A stretch of 64,000 nucleotides of DNA from Eledone cirrhosa (Eukaryota), in the NCBI GenBank assembly GCA_964016885.1, contig OZ024742.1, forward strand, positions 255,936,001 to 256,000,000. Direction: 5' to 3'. Positions within the stretch are counted from its first letter, which is position 1; each line of letters starts with the position of its first letter. The notes under the pieces were generated by a model. That model was not told the DNA's origin and did not search any database. It saw only the letters and a list, made by a program, of their open reading frames with translations. A program made the position numbers and the translations under genes. Shown in pieces: positions 13,520-27,218 of the stretch.

Positions 13520-14111
13520 ATATATATATATATGAAAATAGGGTGAAAAAGACGATTATTAGGAAGAAAACAAATTTGTTTTCCTCTTTTTTCTGGGTTA
13601 GAAAATGTTTAAAACAAAATATTTTACTTTGTGTGAAGTGTTAAGGAATTAGTTAATTTATTTATTAATGAACAATGTCATTTATTTATTTATTCATATA
13701 TTTAATAATTGTCTGTTACCAGTTTCAGCATTTTATGCATTATCAAAGGGGGGAATTTGTATTGTTGTAAAATGTTGGTGATGTTGAACACGTTAAGGAA
13801 ATAGTGAAGAAAGAATAAAGTTATTTACAAACAATGTTTTTGAAGTGAAAAGAAAAAAGAAAAAGAAAAAAAGGGGGGTAATGTGGAACATGCTAAGGTA
13901 ATGGGAAAGAAAAAATAATATTATTTAAAGGCATAGTTCTTGATGATAAGCAGTTCGAAATGTGTTATGGCAAGAGTGCTTAGTTGATCCATGATGGAGG
14001 CAAATGGTAGTCTAGGGTTTGATATGATTCCCTTTTTAGAGAGTTAATATGCAGGGGGAGGAAATTCAGGGTGGTCAGGTAGGGCAGAGAGGTCCGGGTC
14101 AAACATTTTCC

Positions 14112-14135
<24 letters not shown>

Positions 14136-14142
<7 letters not shown>

Positions 14143-14360
14143 TAAAATAACAGATTAAAGTTTAAGCAGAGAATCGCTGCTTTCACCCTTAACGGGATCT
14201 TCTGAAGATCCCGTTAAGGATGAAAGCAGCCATTCTTTGCTTAAACTTTAATCTGTTATTTTAATAAATAGTTGCTCTACGGTTCTTATATATTTGATAT
14301 ATATTTATCCTTATCGAGCCCTCTTTGGATTTTTGTCTTCAAATTTATTATTATTATTAT
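14136..14360 (+). mobile_element. Fold-back PLE 3' end (family X) with HHR motif
   Basis: Near-perfect palindrome 14136-14270 centred on 14203. CTGAAGA(14202)-tcccgttaagga-t-GAAA-gca..tgcTT/aaac. Tail homologous to 19548, 23148, 30239 and 42545. Confidence 0.8.
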
Positions 14361-14362
14361 AT

Positions 14363-14547
14363 GGTGGATTGGCAGTATCGGTAGAGGGTCGGACGCCATG
14401 CTTTCCAACATAGTTACGTCCCTTTACGATCTGAGTTCAAATCCCGCTGAGGTTGACTTTGCCTTTCATCCTTACGGGGTCGATAAAATAAACTACTAGT
14501 AATGCACTGGGTAATTGCTGGCCTTGTGCCTAAAGTAGAAACAATTA
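14363..14547 (+). mobile_element. SINE S1
   Basis: Full-length, nearly identical to 35845-36025. Confidence 0.9.
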
Positions 14548-14567
14548 TTATATATATATAAATATAT

Positions 14568-14745
14568 AGGAAAATGTTTGACCCCGAGAGCAGAGCTCAA
14601 GCCGTTTGACGGTTATTTCTGGACGAATTTACCTTGAGCTCTGCGTCGGGCTCAAACATTTTCCTTTTACCCACTCTACTACCCTAAGTATTGAGTACTC
14701 TCGTGAGTTATGGTCCATCTGGTTCCTTACCACTCTTCCTTCATT
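14568..14745 (+). repeat. Short fold-back insert between TA tracts
   Basis: 14568-14601 is inverted at 14633-14665. Tail 14668-14741 recurs at 44962-45035. Confidence 0.7.
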
Positions 14746-14768
14746 ATATATATATATATACATGTGTG

Positions 14769-14900
<132 letters not shown>

Positions 14901-14933
14901 CAATAACAAAGAACGCCTATGGCATATGCATAT

Positions 14934-14991
14934 CTTTACTTGCTAACATTGTTTCATCCGCACTATAAGTGGGACTCATCAGAGCATAAAG
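14934..14991 (-). ncRNA. Canonical type I hammerhead ribozyme
   Basis: ctttatgct-CTGATGA-gtcc(cacttatagtgc)ggat-GAAAC-aat-GTT/agca-ag-taaag. All three stems pair. Confidence 0.85.
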
Positions 14992-15371
14992 GTTGATTAC
15001 ATATCACACAAGCAATAACAAATCCAAGACATTGAAGAAATAAAGAATAAAAAATAATAAAAGATAAAAAATATAAAAAATATTGAGGAAGTAAAAATAA
15101 AAATAAACATTGAAAAATAAACATTGAAAAATAATTGAAAAATAAGGGTGCTATCAGTCACAGTTGGGCGGGGTGCTGTCAACATATAGTTACATACAAG
15201 CATACACATAGATAAGAGAACAAACAAGAATAGATAAGATAGATAGGAGTAGGTAAGAATAGATAAAAAATAGGTGAAAAATAGGTAAAAAATAGACATA
15301 TAATATATATAAGAAAATATAAAAAACATACATATAAAATATACAGATAATAGTGATACAAGGTAAGGAAT

Positions 15372-15595
15372 GAAATAAAATAAAATAAAATAAAATTAAA
15401 ATTAAAATTATATAAAATAAAATATAATATAATATAATAATAAAATAAGATAAAATAAAATAAAATAAAATAAAATAAAATAAAATAAAATAAACTAAAA
15501 TAAAATAATATAATATAAGATATAATTAAATAAAATTAAATAAATAAAATTAAATAAAATGAAATGAAGTAAAATAAAATAAAATAAAGTAAATT
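15372..15595. repeat. (AAAAT)n microsatellite
   Basis: Direct reading. Confidence 0.9.
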
Positions 15596-16109
15596 GAGAT
15601 AAGATATATATTTTTTTAGAATATATTTCTTGAATATATCAGGGGCCCACGAAGGCCCTAAGTGTCACAGTTATCAGTATCACTTGACCATTGCAATGCA
15701 ATGGAGACGTCCCAGGTTGGGCAGTCTCAAAAGTTCACTCGAAAGTCACGGGTGTGCATTCACACAGTTGAGCGGTGGGGTAATCACAAACCGGTTCACA
15801 CCCGGGAAGGAGTCCAATGGTCAACAGAGGTACATCGAAGGATGGTAGCAGAATTCACGTGCAGCAGCAAGAGGCAGACAAGTGGGCCGAAAGCAAGCAG
15901 GTGCAGGCGGGCTAGCCGAAAGCAAGCAAACACAGTTGGGTCAGGCGGGTTAATATGCATACTCAACAGCGCATACAAAAGATATATAAAAAATAGCTTC
16001 AAGAGCCAATATCATGAAGTCACCGCATTGGGACATCTCAAGATTATACACACCAATATGTTCTGCACGTATATGCACATATACACACCACATGCATATG
16101 CAGAGGCGG

Positions 16110-16460
16110 TATACATATATATACATTTTTATATACAGACATATACAACCACCTACACCCATACACATATAAATGTATACACAGACACACACGCACACAC
16201 ACACAGCGTAGGACACCCGGGTCAAAGCTGATATTAAACACAGAAATACCACATTAGGCAAGACCCACCACCACGGATAATACATTCAAAATAAATACAT
16301 AGTGGTGGGTCTTGCCTAATGTGGTATTTCTGTGTTTAATATCAGCTTTGACCCGGGTGTCCTACGCTGTGTGTGTGTGCGTGTGTGTCTGTGTATACAT
16401 TTATATGTGTATGGGTGTAGGTGGTTGTATATGTCTGTATATAAAAATATATATATATGT

Positions 16461-16463
<3 letters not shown>
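16110..16463. repeat. Inverted repeat, ~160-bp arms, ~30-bp spacer
   Basis: 16110-16271 is the reverse complement of 16302-16463. Mirrored ORFs at 15950- and 16312+. Confidence 0.9.
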
Positions 16464-16536
<73 letters not shown>

Positions 16537-16542
<6 letters not shown>

Positions 16543-16742
16543 TTTAGTACAGCATTAACGAGGCTTTAGAACATGGCCAAGCTAACGAATGCAGAATCGG
16601 TCTGTAGCTTTAGCACTCGGATGGGAAAAAGAACCCCAGAGTAATAGCAATACGTTCAGACAGCTTAGCAAATCAGATATAGCGGTCGGCAGTCCATCCG
16701 CATCACTAGATCAACGAAAATACAGGACCCAGGAAAAGATTT
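16537..16742. repeat. Dispersed TA-anchored repeat (second copy at 30286-30485)
   Basis: Both copies start aaattttagtacagca directly after (TA)n and align for ~200 bp. Confidence 0.75.
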
Positions 16743-17045
16743 TCTACTGACCCGGACAGAGCGGTGGGGCTGAATGCAAAATATACATCGTATATCACAC
16801 AATATACATCACATACAGCACGCAACATCAGCGCTAGGTTTCTGCAAATCCAAGATCGACAAATTCCGATTGCAGGAGTCTGCAATATAATGGTTTTTGA
16901 CGACCGAACTTAGGATTTCCTTCTTCAGCAAGTCTTTCGTTCTTAGCCTGAGCGGGCATGTTGTATCTTTAAATTTCGCCACAGACACGTGGTTTTCTCC
17001 AAGGGAGGTAACCCCCGCTTAGGCGGTGAATTCTAATTTGAGATA

Positions 17046-17081
17046 AAGGAATGAATCCCTTTAGACAAACCGAATTAAGCA

Positions 17082-17153
<72 letters not shown>

Positions 17154-17189
17154 TGCTTAATTCGGTTTGTCTAAAGGGATTCATTCCTT
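17046..17189. repeat. Palindrome centred on (TA)n, 40-bp arms
   Basis: aaggaatgaatccc...gcactca (TA)n tgagtgc...ttcattcctt. Confidence 0.9.
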
Positions 17190-18157
17190 ATATATACATA
17201 TATATATATATAAGCAGCTTTTGTATAAGGCATGCAACACCAACACAATAAGAACAAATAACAGTTAAGTAAAGATTATTAGGCCTTTTTTCATTTCAAC
17301 CGAAAGGTTAGCATTACCAGCATCACGCCAGCATCACGATATGCGTTAGCTTCATCATGTGGTCCCTTTTGAGGCAATACTTTAAGATCGGATGCCTTTC
17401 TTGGTGCTATTCCTTTCAGTCTCATCATACTATATACCTAATATAAACTGGATACACACAGTACCTTATGTGAAATTAAAATACATTTAAAGTTCTTTGG
17501 TCTAAGGAAGAGAAATTATCTTAAATCCGAAGGTTAACAAATTAATCAACTTTGGTACACTTATCTGTGAAATATTCAGCTATTGTCAAGGTAAATTCGT
17601 CAGCATGTTTTTCATGAAATATTCATCGTCTAATAGAGCGGAGGTCCAATAACAACAATCATCATAATATGACCGCCGTTTGGTTTTGCTTGTAAAATAT
17701 GTCCAACGTTTATTTCCGTAGATATCCCGACCACATTTACTTCGTATTGGAGCTGCGATTTCTCAATTCAGAGAAGAAAAGGCTCTGCTTGTACAGGAAC
17801 CTTTATCTCAGAGTTACGCGCTCTATCGAGTAACCTTATTACAAAGACCCTTCAGAGGAACCAATTTCGGTCTGTTGTATCTGATTTTAATCAGACACCC
17901 ACTGAACAAACTGGAATGATTCACTTGCATTAAAAGAAATCAGTATGTATATATCTAATGTGTTAACTACAAATTATTTGGTAAATATAGCTAAAAACAG
18001 AAATATGAAACATACATATATTGCCTTCAACGAAAGGTATTCATTTATTTGAAGCAAATAAAAAATTATTTGAATAACATACATTTTAAACTACGATTGA
18101 ACACCATCTGCATATTTCCTCATACACCCGCCACACTCCCATACCCCACCCCCACAT

Positions 18158-18245
<88 letters not shown>

Positions 18246-18438
18246 GTGTGTGTGTGTGTGCATATTTATATACCAATATAGAGCGGTGGAGAGAGAGAGA
18301 TGTAGAAAGAAATGTATGATTTAATATTTTCTTATTTCGCTTAAATTCGTAGGAAGACACTATAAAAATCCATATCTGTAAATCAACAGATGCCAATTCT
18401 TGCTAAATTATGTACACACACACCCACATACATACACT

Positions 18439-18475
<37 letters not shown>

Positions 18476-19281
18476 GAGAGAGAGTGAGAGAGAGAGGGGG
18501 AGAGGGAGAGGGAGAGGGAGAGAGAGAGAAAGTGGAATTGGAAATATCACGGAAAATATGTTTAAGGATCAGTTTTTCTTTTTCTCTCCTTTGATTCGTC
18601 AAAGTGACATTATTGAAAAAATGAGAGGAGCGATTCTTTGAAGAAAAAAAGAAGTTTTATAATGTATACGAAATAAATAAAATATAACCGGTTTCGATGT
18701 GTCAGTGTAAACCAGCTTGTCAAATATTGGATATTACAATTAAAGAGAATTAAAAAGAATTAAATGTTTTGAAGAGGTCTGTCATTTTTCTTGATGCGAA
18801 GACTGAGCCTAAAATGGAACATTATATATATAGAGTGAGAATTAATCATAGTAGTAGTAATCGAGTAGTGGTGGTTTTCGTCTCTTTTCACAGAACAAAA
18901 TTGTTTTGAAGAATAGTCTCAAATGGATTGGTCAAGATTCAGATGAGGGTGGCGTAGGAGGGATATATAAGCTAGAGACAATTGCTATAGGGGAGAGAGT
19001 TAAATGAGAGAGGCAGATGGGGATTAACAAAAGAAAATCTATTTTAAGAATATGGTTTTAGAGAGTATGAGTGTGTATGTGTCATTGTATGTAAATATAT
19101 CTGTGTGTGTGTGAGAGAGAGAGAGAGAGTACTTTATTTTGTTCATCACCGGTCTTTTTGTGGTGGAAATAAAAAAAAACAGAGCAAAGCATCAGTGATG
19201 GCTTTCAATCAGGAATTTTTGGAAGATATGTGTATGAACAACTTCACTTTTTAACCTTATGCATACATATGTACATATAGA

Positions 19282-19320
19282 AGTCTCCTGATGAGTTGAG
19301 TTTCTCGAAATACTCGGACT
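19282..19320 (+). ncRNA. Degenerate minimal type I HHR motif
   Basis: agtctc-CTGATGA-g...c-GAAA-tac-TC/ggact. Stem II pairs poorly. Confidence 0.4.
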
Positions 19321-19409
19321 ATTGTTATTACTTAACGTAACTGCAGTAGGTACATTAGAGTAAGTAGGTAAATTTGTTTTTCTTATGTTGTTTGCTTTTC
19401 CTAGATATG

Positions 19410-19461
<52 letters not shown>

Positions 19462-19491
19462 TATATGTATATACGTATATATATATACACA

Positions 19492-19544
<53 letters not shown>

Positions 19545-19547
19545 CAT

Positions 19548-19707
19548 AGTAATAATAATAAATTTGAGCACTAAAATCCAAAGAGGGCTCGATAAGGATA
19601 AATATATATCAAATATATAAGAACTGTAGAGCAAATATTTATTAAAATATTTATTAAGGGTGAAAGCAGCGATTCTTTGCTTAAACTTTAATCTGTTATT
19701 TTAATAA

Positions 19708-19709
<2 letters not shown>
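19548..19709. mobile_element. Family X fold-back insert
   Basis: Inverted tail (agtaataataataaattt...) joined to the forward HHR 3' half (taagggtgaaagcagcg...ttttaataaa). TA on both sides. Confidence 0.8.
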
Positions 19710-19750
<41 letters not shown>

Positions 19751-19989
19751 TGTGTGTGTGAGTATCTGAGTGTGCGTGTTTTCGTGTATGTGTGTGTGAT
19801 TATATACACTCAATACACACACGCACTGCCCCCCCCCCGCCCCATAAATATATATATAATATAAAATATATGTCAAACCTTCCTAGATACTTGGAGATTC
19901 GTGAGGCATATACTTAGGAAAGTATACGTTATTTCTCATGTATTTTAAATATCTTTACATATGGATATCTCATTCTATGGTAATTACAA

Positions 19990-20095
19990 TCCCACTGCGA
20001 CAAGTCTTATTATAAGCACAACACGCAGTCCCACCGTCTATCTATTTCCCAAGATACATAAATCTAAAAATCCTGCCTGTCCTATCGTTTCCGCT
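19990..20095 (+). pseudogene. PLE reverse transcriptase N-terminal fragment
   Basis: PTVYLFPKIHKSKNPACPIVS resembles the conserved PLE motif P.FYxLPKIHK..P.RPIVS. Confidence 0.65.
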
Positions 20096-20573
20096 TCACC
20101 GCTCCCAGATTTCCTCATATTTACTCCGGCCCCACCATTTCCGGTTTTATAGTCATCTAACCTATAGTTACACCATGTGGAAATCATTTATATATTTTTA
20201 TCTAAGGGTAGATGATTAGTATTTTAATGCAGAATAAGATATATGTTTAGCATAGAAGAGATATATTTAACTCCTAAACATACTGACGAAGAGAATCATC
20301 GTCTTAATGGTATTTACCACAATATATAATTGGTTATCTATACAAATTACTGAAAACGATGGTGAACAGCCTATTTCTCTGATTCTTAGAAACAGATCTG
20401 TCTTTGTAAGTACATACTAATCCTCAAGTAAGTACATCGCTATTGTAACACCTAAGAGTTTCTGTATTTAAATCTACATATCATTTACTGCAGATATATG
20501 TACGAAATAATAATTTTCCCTCAATTGGTATATCCACGTATATATCATTTGCATATATATATATTCTCATTTA

Positions 20574-21085
20574 GGTTTGTTGGTTAACCACTGGATAGCA
20601 TTTGTCATTCCGTATAGTCAACCTTGATGTAATATTAGGGAGAGCACTCCACGTAATGCAACTCACCCGTCTTCGTTTGTGTTGGTGGTGCGAGTACGAA
20701 GTTAATTATTATAAAATAACAGGAGGCTGGACTGGTGTAATTCCTTAAACGTTTATTATACAATGAACATTTCAATGACCGGGTTCAGTATGAATCCGGT
20801 GACATCATCAAGTATTCGAAATGTAACAAAGGAATATAATAGACACAATCCATGGGGCTGAAAAGGCAGAGAGACAAGACTGCGGCCAAACACTAGAAAC
20901 TACTAAGTGTTTGGCGGCCTTCTTGTCTGTCTGCCTTTTCAGCCCCATGGATTGTGTCTATTATATTCCTTTGTTATATTTCGGATACTTGATGATGACA
21001 CCGGATTCATACTGAACCCGGTCATTGAAATGTTCATTGTATAATAAACGTTTAAGGAATTACACCAGTCCAGCCTCCTGTTATG

Positions 21086-21092
<7 letters not shown>
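20574..21092. mobile_element. Fold-back element (family Z), ~187-bp arms plus ~135-bp one-sided extension
   Basis: 20708-20894 versus 20906-21092, 11-nt loop. Related copy at 57289-57510. Confidence 0.85.
20985..21042 (+). ncRNA. HHR-like motif with TTGATGA core (mirror copy 20758-20815, minus strand)
   Basis: atac-TTGATGA-[ccgg-containing stem II]-GAAAtg-tt-caTT/gtat. Confidence 0.6.
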
Positions 21093-21127
<35 letters not shown>

Positions 21128-22228
21128 TGTGTGTTTATGTCTGCGTTTGTTAGTGTCTGTGCGTATGTGAGTTGTTTCTTTGAGCAAGCCACTTGCCGTT
21201 TATTTCGTTGAGCAAATGCTTCGTCAAAAACATTAGAGATCCGATAACAACACCATTCTGAATTTGAAGATAATTTGCCGATTAAAGCTAATGTTTGGAG
21301 ACGTGTTCGAATCTACGAAATTGGAGACGTCTGGAAAACATAAAACTGAAACCTCCAAATTTTCGCTGACACCTCCGTCCACTATTTTCTGTCTACAGTG
21401 TAATTTACTGATTTTTTTATAATGATCGATTATTATTATGGCCATTATCATTGGGTCACACACGCTTTAAATTTTATACCATTTAACGTTTTAGATGTTA
21501 TCACTGTTAATGAAAGCAGAGTGAAATTATAAAATATTCCAATGTATTTCTTAAGAGCTATTACAGAAATATCTGCTCGATTTATGTAAACAAGTTTTCC
21601 AATCTTAACTTGTAATTCTGTAAAGTATTAAAATAATTATTCATAGCATCTTTTCATATTTCGGTGTTTTTTTTATATATAGTTCGTCTTGGCAAGGCGA
21701 CAGGATGATAAAGCAACTCATAAAAAATGATAATATTTTATACAAAACAACATGAGATGAAATCATTTAAATGAATTTCTCAACTGCTTTCTTATGGCAT
21801 AAAATAATTCTTCAATTCATCGTTGATCAATAATTGATATTTTACAAAGATAATATATTTCTAAAGCAAAAAATATAAATTGAATATATGTATATATATA
21901 ACTTGCATAATAACGCAGGTTTGAGTTGAAAAAAAAATCCTTTGATTAATTCGTGTAATTCCTATGTAGTTTTGTGCATCTAATTAAAAGAAAAAAACAG
22001 GTTTTTTCCATCAAATAACAAAAACAAAATTCCATCACTTTTTTCAGCTATTTAATTAAAGATTATTTTATCATTCCGCATACGTAATTAAAATTATAAA
22101 TGCGAATTGATAACAAAATATACATATGTAAATAAGTATTTACATATGAATATTTTAATTACAATGAAAGCATTTTTGAATTTAGTATATTCGACAATAT
22201 TAAAATATGTTTTTAATATTGAAGATCT

Positions 22229-22350
22229 GGAAGTAGCATGGCCGAAAGGTTAAAACGTTTGCTTCGCAATCATAGGATTACGAGTCCGATCCCACTGTGT
22301 GGACTCTTTAGCAAGGGACAGTTATCACAGCCTTGAGTTAGCCTATGACA
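22229..22350 (+). mobile_element. Old tRNA-derived SINE head
   Basis: tggccgaaaggtta (A box), gagtccgatccc (B box). Confidence 0.5.
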
Positions 22351-22972
22351 TGTGAGTGAAATTGGTCGCTTGTTTTCTATTAATTCAATTAACGGACAAA
22401 CGTGTCATGAATTTAAAGAACACTTCCTTAGCTATTTCAAAGACATGTAAACTCTCAACGTAGCTGCCAGGGGGATTCAGCATGCCATTGTGTGAGATAA
22501 CTATCTCCTTCAAGTACAGGTACAATTCATTTTTTCCAACTGATTGGACAGGATCAATGTGAAATATCGTGTCTTGCTCAAAGAGAGTGTATGCCAGTGA
22601 GAATCTAACTCACTATCGTACGACCATGAAACGCACAAACTATTCCCCAATCCACGCACCATCACCTAGCCCTACACGTTTTTATCATATAGATTCCTGT
22701 AGTAACTAATTCAGGTGTAAAATTTACATTACCAATCTCGTTTTTGACGAATGGCGACGTTACACATACTGGCACAAAGTCAAAAATAACATCACCCTAT
22801 AAATATACAGGCACGCCACCCCACCCACACACAGATATATATATATATATGTACATAAATAGAGAGACACAAAGCAGGCTTTGTTTAGAAACGGCTAGCG
22901 AATTTGAAAATTCAATTAGAAGGTATGTAACCCTGCTATGGTTACACAGCCTCCAATTGAATGGAAGGAATA

Positions 22973-23045
22973 GGTCGCATGTTGGTGTAATAGTAACACA
23001 TTGGTCCCAAAACCAAGGATGTGGGTTCTTGTCCCATTTACGTAA
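22973..23045 (+). pseudogene. tRNA-like remnant or SINE head
   Basis: D-like arm, ttggt-cccaaa-accaa anticodon-like arm and gtggg-ttcttgt-cccat T-like arm. The acceptor stem does not pair. Confidence 0.4.
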
Positions 23046-23147
23046 AATACTCATCCCTTTTTCCAATTTGAACGGTTTTAAAATCCCAACTAACAGACTA
23101 ATATAAATATGTATGTATATATGTGTATATATATATATATGTGTGTG

Positions 23148-23238
23148 TAGTAATAATAATAAATGCGAACACTAAAGTTAGAAGATACCGTTAAGGGTGA
23201 AAGCAGCGATACTTTGCTTAAAGTTTAATCTGTAATTG

Positions 23239-23240
<2 letters not shown>
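23148..23240. mobile_element. Family X insert, short
   Basis: agtaataataataaat... joined to aagttagaagataccgttaagggtgaaagcagcg, followed by (TA)n. Confidence 0.7.
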
Positions 23241-23337
<97 letters not shown>

Positions 23338-23588
23338 TATCTGTGTGTGTGTGTATAAGGTGCTAGGACAAAGACCGATGAGAGGCCGCTGCTCACGTGG
23401 CTCCTCCACCATACAGTGGTGGCCACAACTGGACGCCGAACCCTAAGGTCACGCAAACATGTTAAGTGTATGAGATTTTAAATATACTAAAGAAACTCAC
23501 TTGCATTGTTATCTACGGATATCTTGCTTACACACACGCACGCTCACACACACACATACACACTAACACACCCATATATATATATATA

Positions 23589-23864
<276 letters not shown>

Positions 23865-24640
23865 GTAGAAGACACTTGAATAGCATGCCACGTGCTTGCA
23901 TATTCTTGATACAGTATGAAAAATATGTTAACGTTCCGTACATGAGTCCTTCATCAGATGACAAAATGATAAATAACGAATGAAATACAAAGATATATAT
24001 ATATATATATATAAATCATGAAAGAAGCGTGACACGGTTTGCTATACAAAAAAAGGTTTTTAATCTCATTCCTGACAATTGTTTCTCTGAACTGGTAGGT
24101 CTAATGATCGCTATCCCCTTATTTACACGTTACTCGATCGCCATTACAAAGTTATAACCAGTCAGTTCATCGGAGCTTGCGAGAATGAAGAGAATATACA
24201 GGCATGAAAAGAATATACAGTCTACTATAAGCATTAGTAATGGCATTCAATTAGAACAATGACAACAATATCAACAATGCTAGCAATAAATCATTTGAAA
24301 TAATCACAACATCAATCTAGGTGGGAAGTATAGTATATCTAAGATTTTAGCGTGTAAAACTAGCTGACATGAGGCAGATGTATACAATGGACATGTAAAA
24401 ACTGTCGTAGGGTGTATTATATCAAGTGTAAAGATAAGCTGGTATTTTTAAACAATGTAGGTCAGGTGGCTGTAATAGTCGGTTTTTATCTGACCGATGA
24501 AGTATTTATCACTGTAGTGGAATTTGTGTGGTCTATATTAGATGAGGGCTGTCTAGCTTTCTCATCATCAATAACAAATATGTATAAGACAACACTAACA
24601 AAGCTAAATAATGGGCAAGTTAATACAGAGGTTAAGGAGG

Positions 24641-24727
<87 letters not shown>

Positions 24728-24887
24728 TGCACACAAACATATATATATATATATATACACACATACATACATACAAAGCGAAAACATGCTGACTATAATT
24801 ATAGCAGGAGGAAGGTAAAGTTCTGTTGTAGTAGTATTTTGAAATGTTCTTGGATTTAGGATCAAGTGCTGACAGCAGCTGAGAAGA

Positions 24888-25262
24888 TTCGAGCCTAGTG
24901 TATATGTGTACCGTCAACTCAGACAACTCCACTTGGCATTACATTGGATCCACCGCGGGTACTTTAAAAAAAATATGGTATGTACACAGGCACTCGATGA
25001 AAAATCGTGCACTTATGGGTTCTACAACCCTCGCAAAAAAAATATGGGAAATGAAGGACAGCAACACTAGCTACAGTATCAACTGGTCGAGGTTGTCCGT
25101 GCTAAAACCTACAGTACAGGTATGTCCCACTGTAGGCTATGTGATCTAGAACTACTATATATCCTTAGAAATGTAAAAAGGCTACTTAACAACAAGTTAG
25201 AAAGATCTATCTTCTGCAGGCACGGGGTCGCTACTAAATTCATAAGATTTAAACCTCCGTGA
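24888..25262 (+). pseudogene. PLE GIY-YIG endonuclease
   Basis: SLVYMCTV...HYIGSTAGTLKK...HRHS...STTLAKKIWEMK...YSINWS, ending LLN...FCRH. Confidence 0.85.
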
Positions 25263-25573
25263 ATCGAACCGACGTAACTTAGCTTTCAACTAGGATACCC
25301 ACTACTCTGCAAGAACCACCACAGAAATATAATCATTAAGTACATTCTAGCCTTCTTAGTTCTATACCACACTAATTCTGTAAGTACCTCATTAACCCAT
25401 AAACTTATCTCTTCTCAGATGCTGTCAGCACTTGATCCTAAATCCAAGAACATTTCAAAATACTACTACAACAGAACTTTACCTTCCTCTTGCTATACTT
25501 ATAGTCAGCATGTTTTCTCTGTGTATGTATGTATGTATGTGTGTATGTATATACATATATATGTGTGTGTACA

Positions 25574-25616
<43 letters not shown>

Positions 25617-25883
25617 GTTATTCCGGGTTGAATCGGAGGTAACCACAGTAAGTAAGGTACTCAATACATAGCAGAGTATAAAAGTTTTAATATAGATGAG
25701 ATTCTACAGGAGTAGAACTGTTTCATTCATTAGAAATCATCAGGAATCTAAATCCAAGAACATTTCAAAATACTACTACAACAGAACTTTACCTTCCTCT
25801 TGCTATACTTATAGTCAGCATGTTTTCTCTGTGTATGTATGTATGTATGTGTGTATGTATATAAATATATATGTTTGTGTACA

Positions 25884-25942
<59 letters not shown>

Positions 25943-25956
25943 GTTATTCCGGTACA

Positions 25957-26017
<61 letters not shown>

Positions 26018-26100
26018 GTTATTCCGGGTTGAATCGGAGGTAACCACAGTAAGTAAGGTACTCAATACATAGCAGAGTATTAAAGTTTTAATATAGATGA

Positions 26101-26149
26101 GATTCTACAGGACTAGAACTGTTTCATTCATTAGAAATCATCAGGAATC
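26101..26149 (-). ncRNA. Type I HHR (also at 25700-25748 minus and 26151-26199 plus)
   Basis: gattc-CTGATGA-tttc(taat)gaat-GAAACAG(ttctagtc)CTGTA/gaatc. Stems I and III pair fully. Confidence 0.85.
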
Positions 26150-26697
26150 TGATTCCTGATGATTTCTAATGAATGAAACCGTTCTAGTCCTGTAGAATCT
26201 CATCTATATATATATATATATATATATATATTGCCTCCTTAACCTCTGTATTAATTTGCCCATTATTTAGCTTTTTTAGTGTTGTCTTATACATATTTGT
26301 TATTGATGATGAGAAAGCTAGACAGCCCTCATCTAATATAGACCACACAAATTCCACTACAGTGATAAATCCTTCATCGGTCAGATAAAAACCGACTATT
26401 ACAGCCACCTGACCTACATTGTTTAAAAACACTACCTTATCTTTACACTTGATATAATACACCCTACGACAGTTTTTACATGTCAATTTTATACATCTGC
26501 CTCATGTCAGCTAGTTTTACACGCTAAAATCATAGATACACTATACTTCCCACCTAGATTGATGTTGTGATTATTTCAAATAATTTATTGCTAGCATTGT
26601 TGATATTGTTGTTATTGTTCTAACTGAATGCCATTACTACTACATATAGTAGACTGTATATTCTTTTCATGCCTGTATATTCTCTTCATTCTCGCCA

Positions 26698-26803
26698 GCT
26701 CCGATGAACTGACTGGTTATAACTTTGTATTGGCGATCGAGTAACGTGAAAATAAGCGGATAGCGATCTCTAGACCTACCAGTTCAGAGAAACAATTGTC
26801 AGC
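26698..26803 (+). ncRNA. Type I HHR variant: CCGAUGA core, long stem II (mirror 24071-24176, minus strand)
   Basis: gct-CCGATGA-a-ctgactggt...accagttcag-a-GAAAC-aatt-GTC/agc. Confidence 0.7.
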
Positions 26804-26943
26804 AATGAGATCAAAAACCTTTTTTGTATAGCAAACCGTGTTACTCTTCTTTCCTGATTTATTATTACTCCAAGTGTTTACAACATAGGAATTACAGCGT
26901 ACTCGTAGCATCACTATGGAAACGCCTTGTTGAGTCAAACTTA

Positions 26944-26994
<51 letters not shown>

Positions 26995-27072
26995 ACTATA
27001 CCATCCACTACCAGGAGTACCATAACTGGACTACACCTAAGTGGACTGCATATAACAATTATTTGTTACCCC

Positions 27073-27218
<146 letters not shown>

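Larger units (their letters stand above)
24028..26948 (+). mobile_element. Truncated PLE with ~860-bp inverted copy and a nested insert
   Basis: 24028-24887 mirrors 25408-(TA)n plus 26231-26845. GIY-YIG lies between the arms. Confidence 0.9.

Noticed and set aside
15662-16231. 189-aa ORF
   Set aside because: No recognisable domain; it runs into low-complexity sequence.
23927-23962. CTGATGA...GGAACGTT on the minus strand (similar CCGATGA at 57664)
   Set aside because: The GAAA core and stems are too decayed to call.
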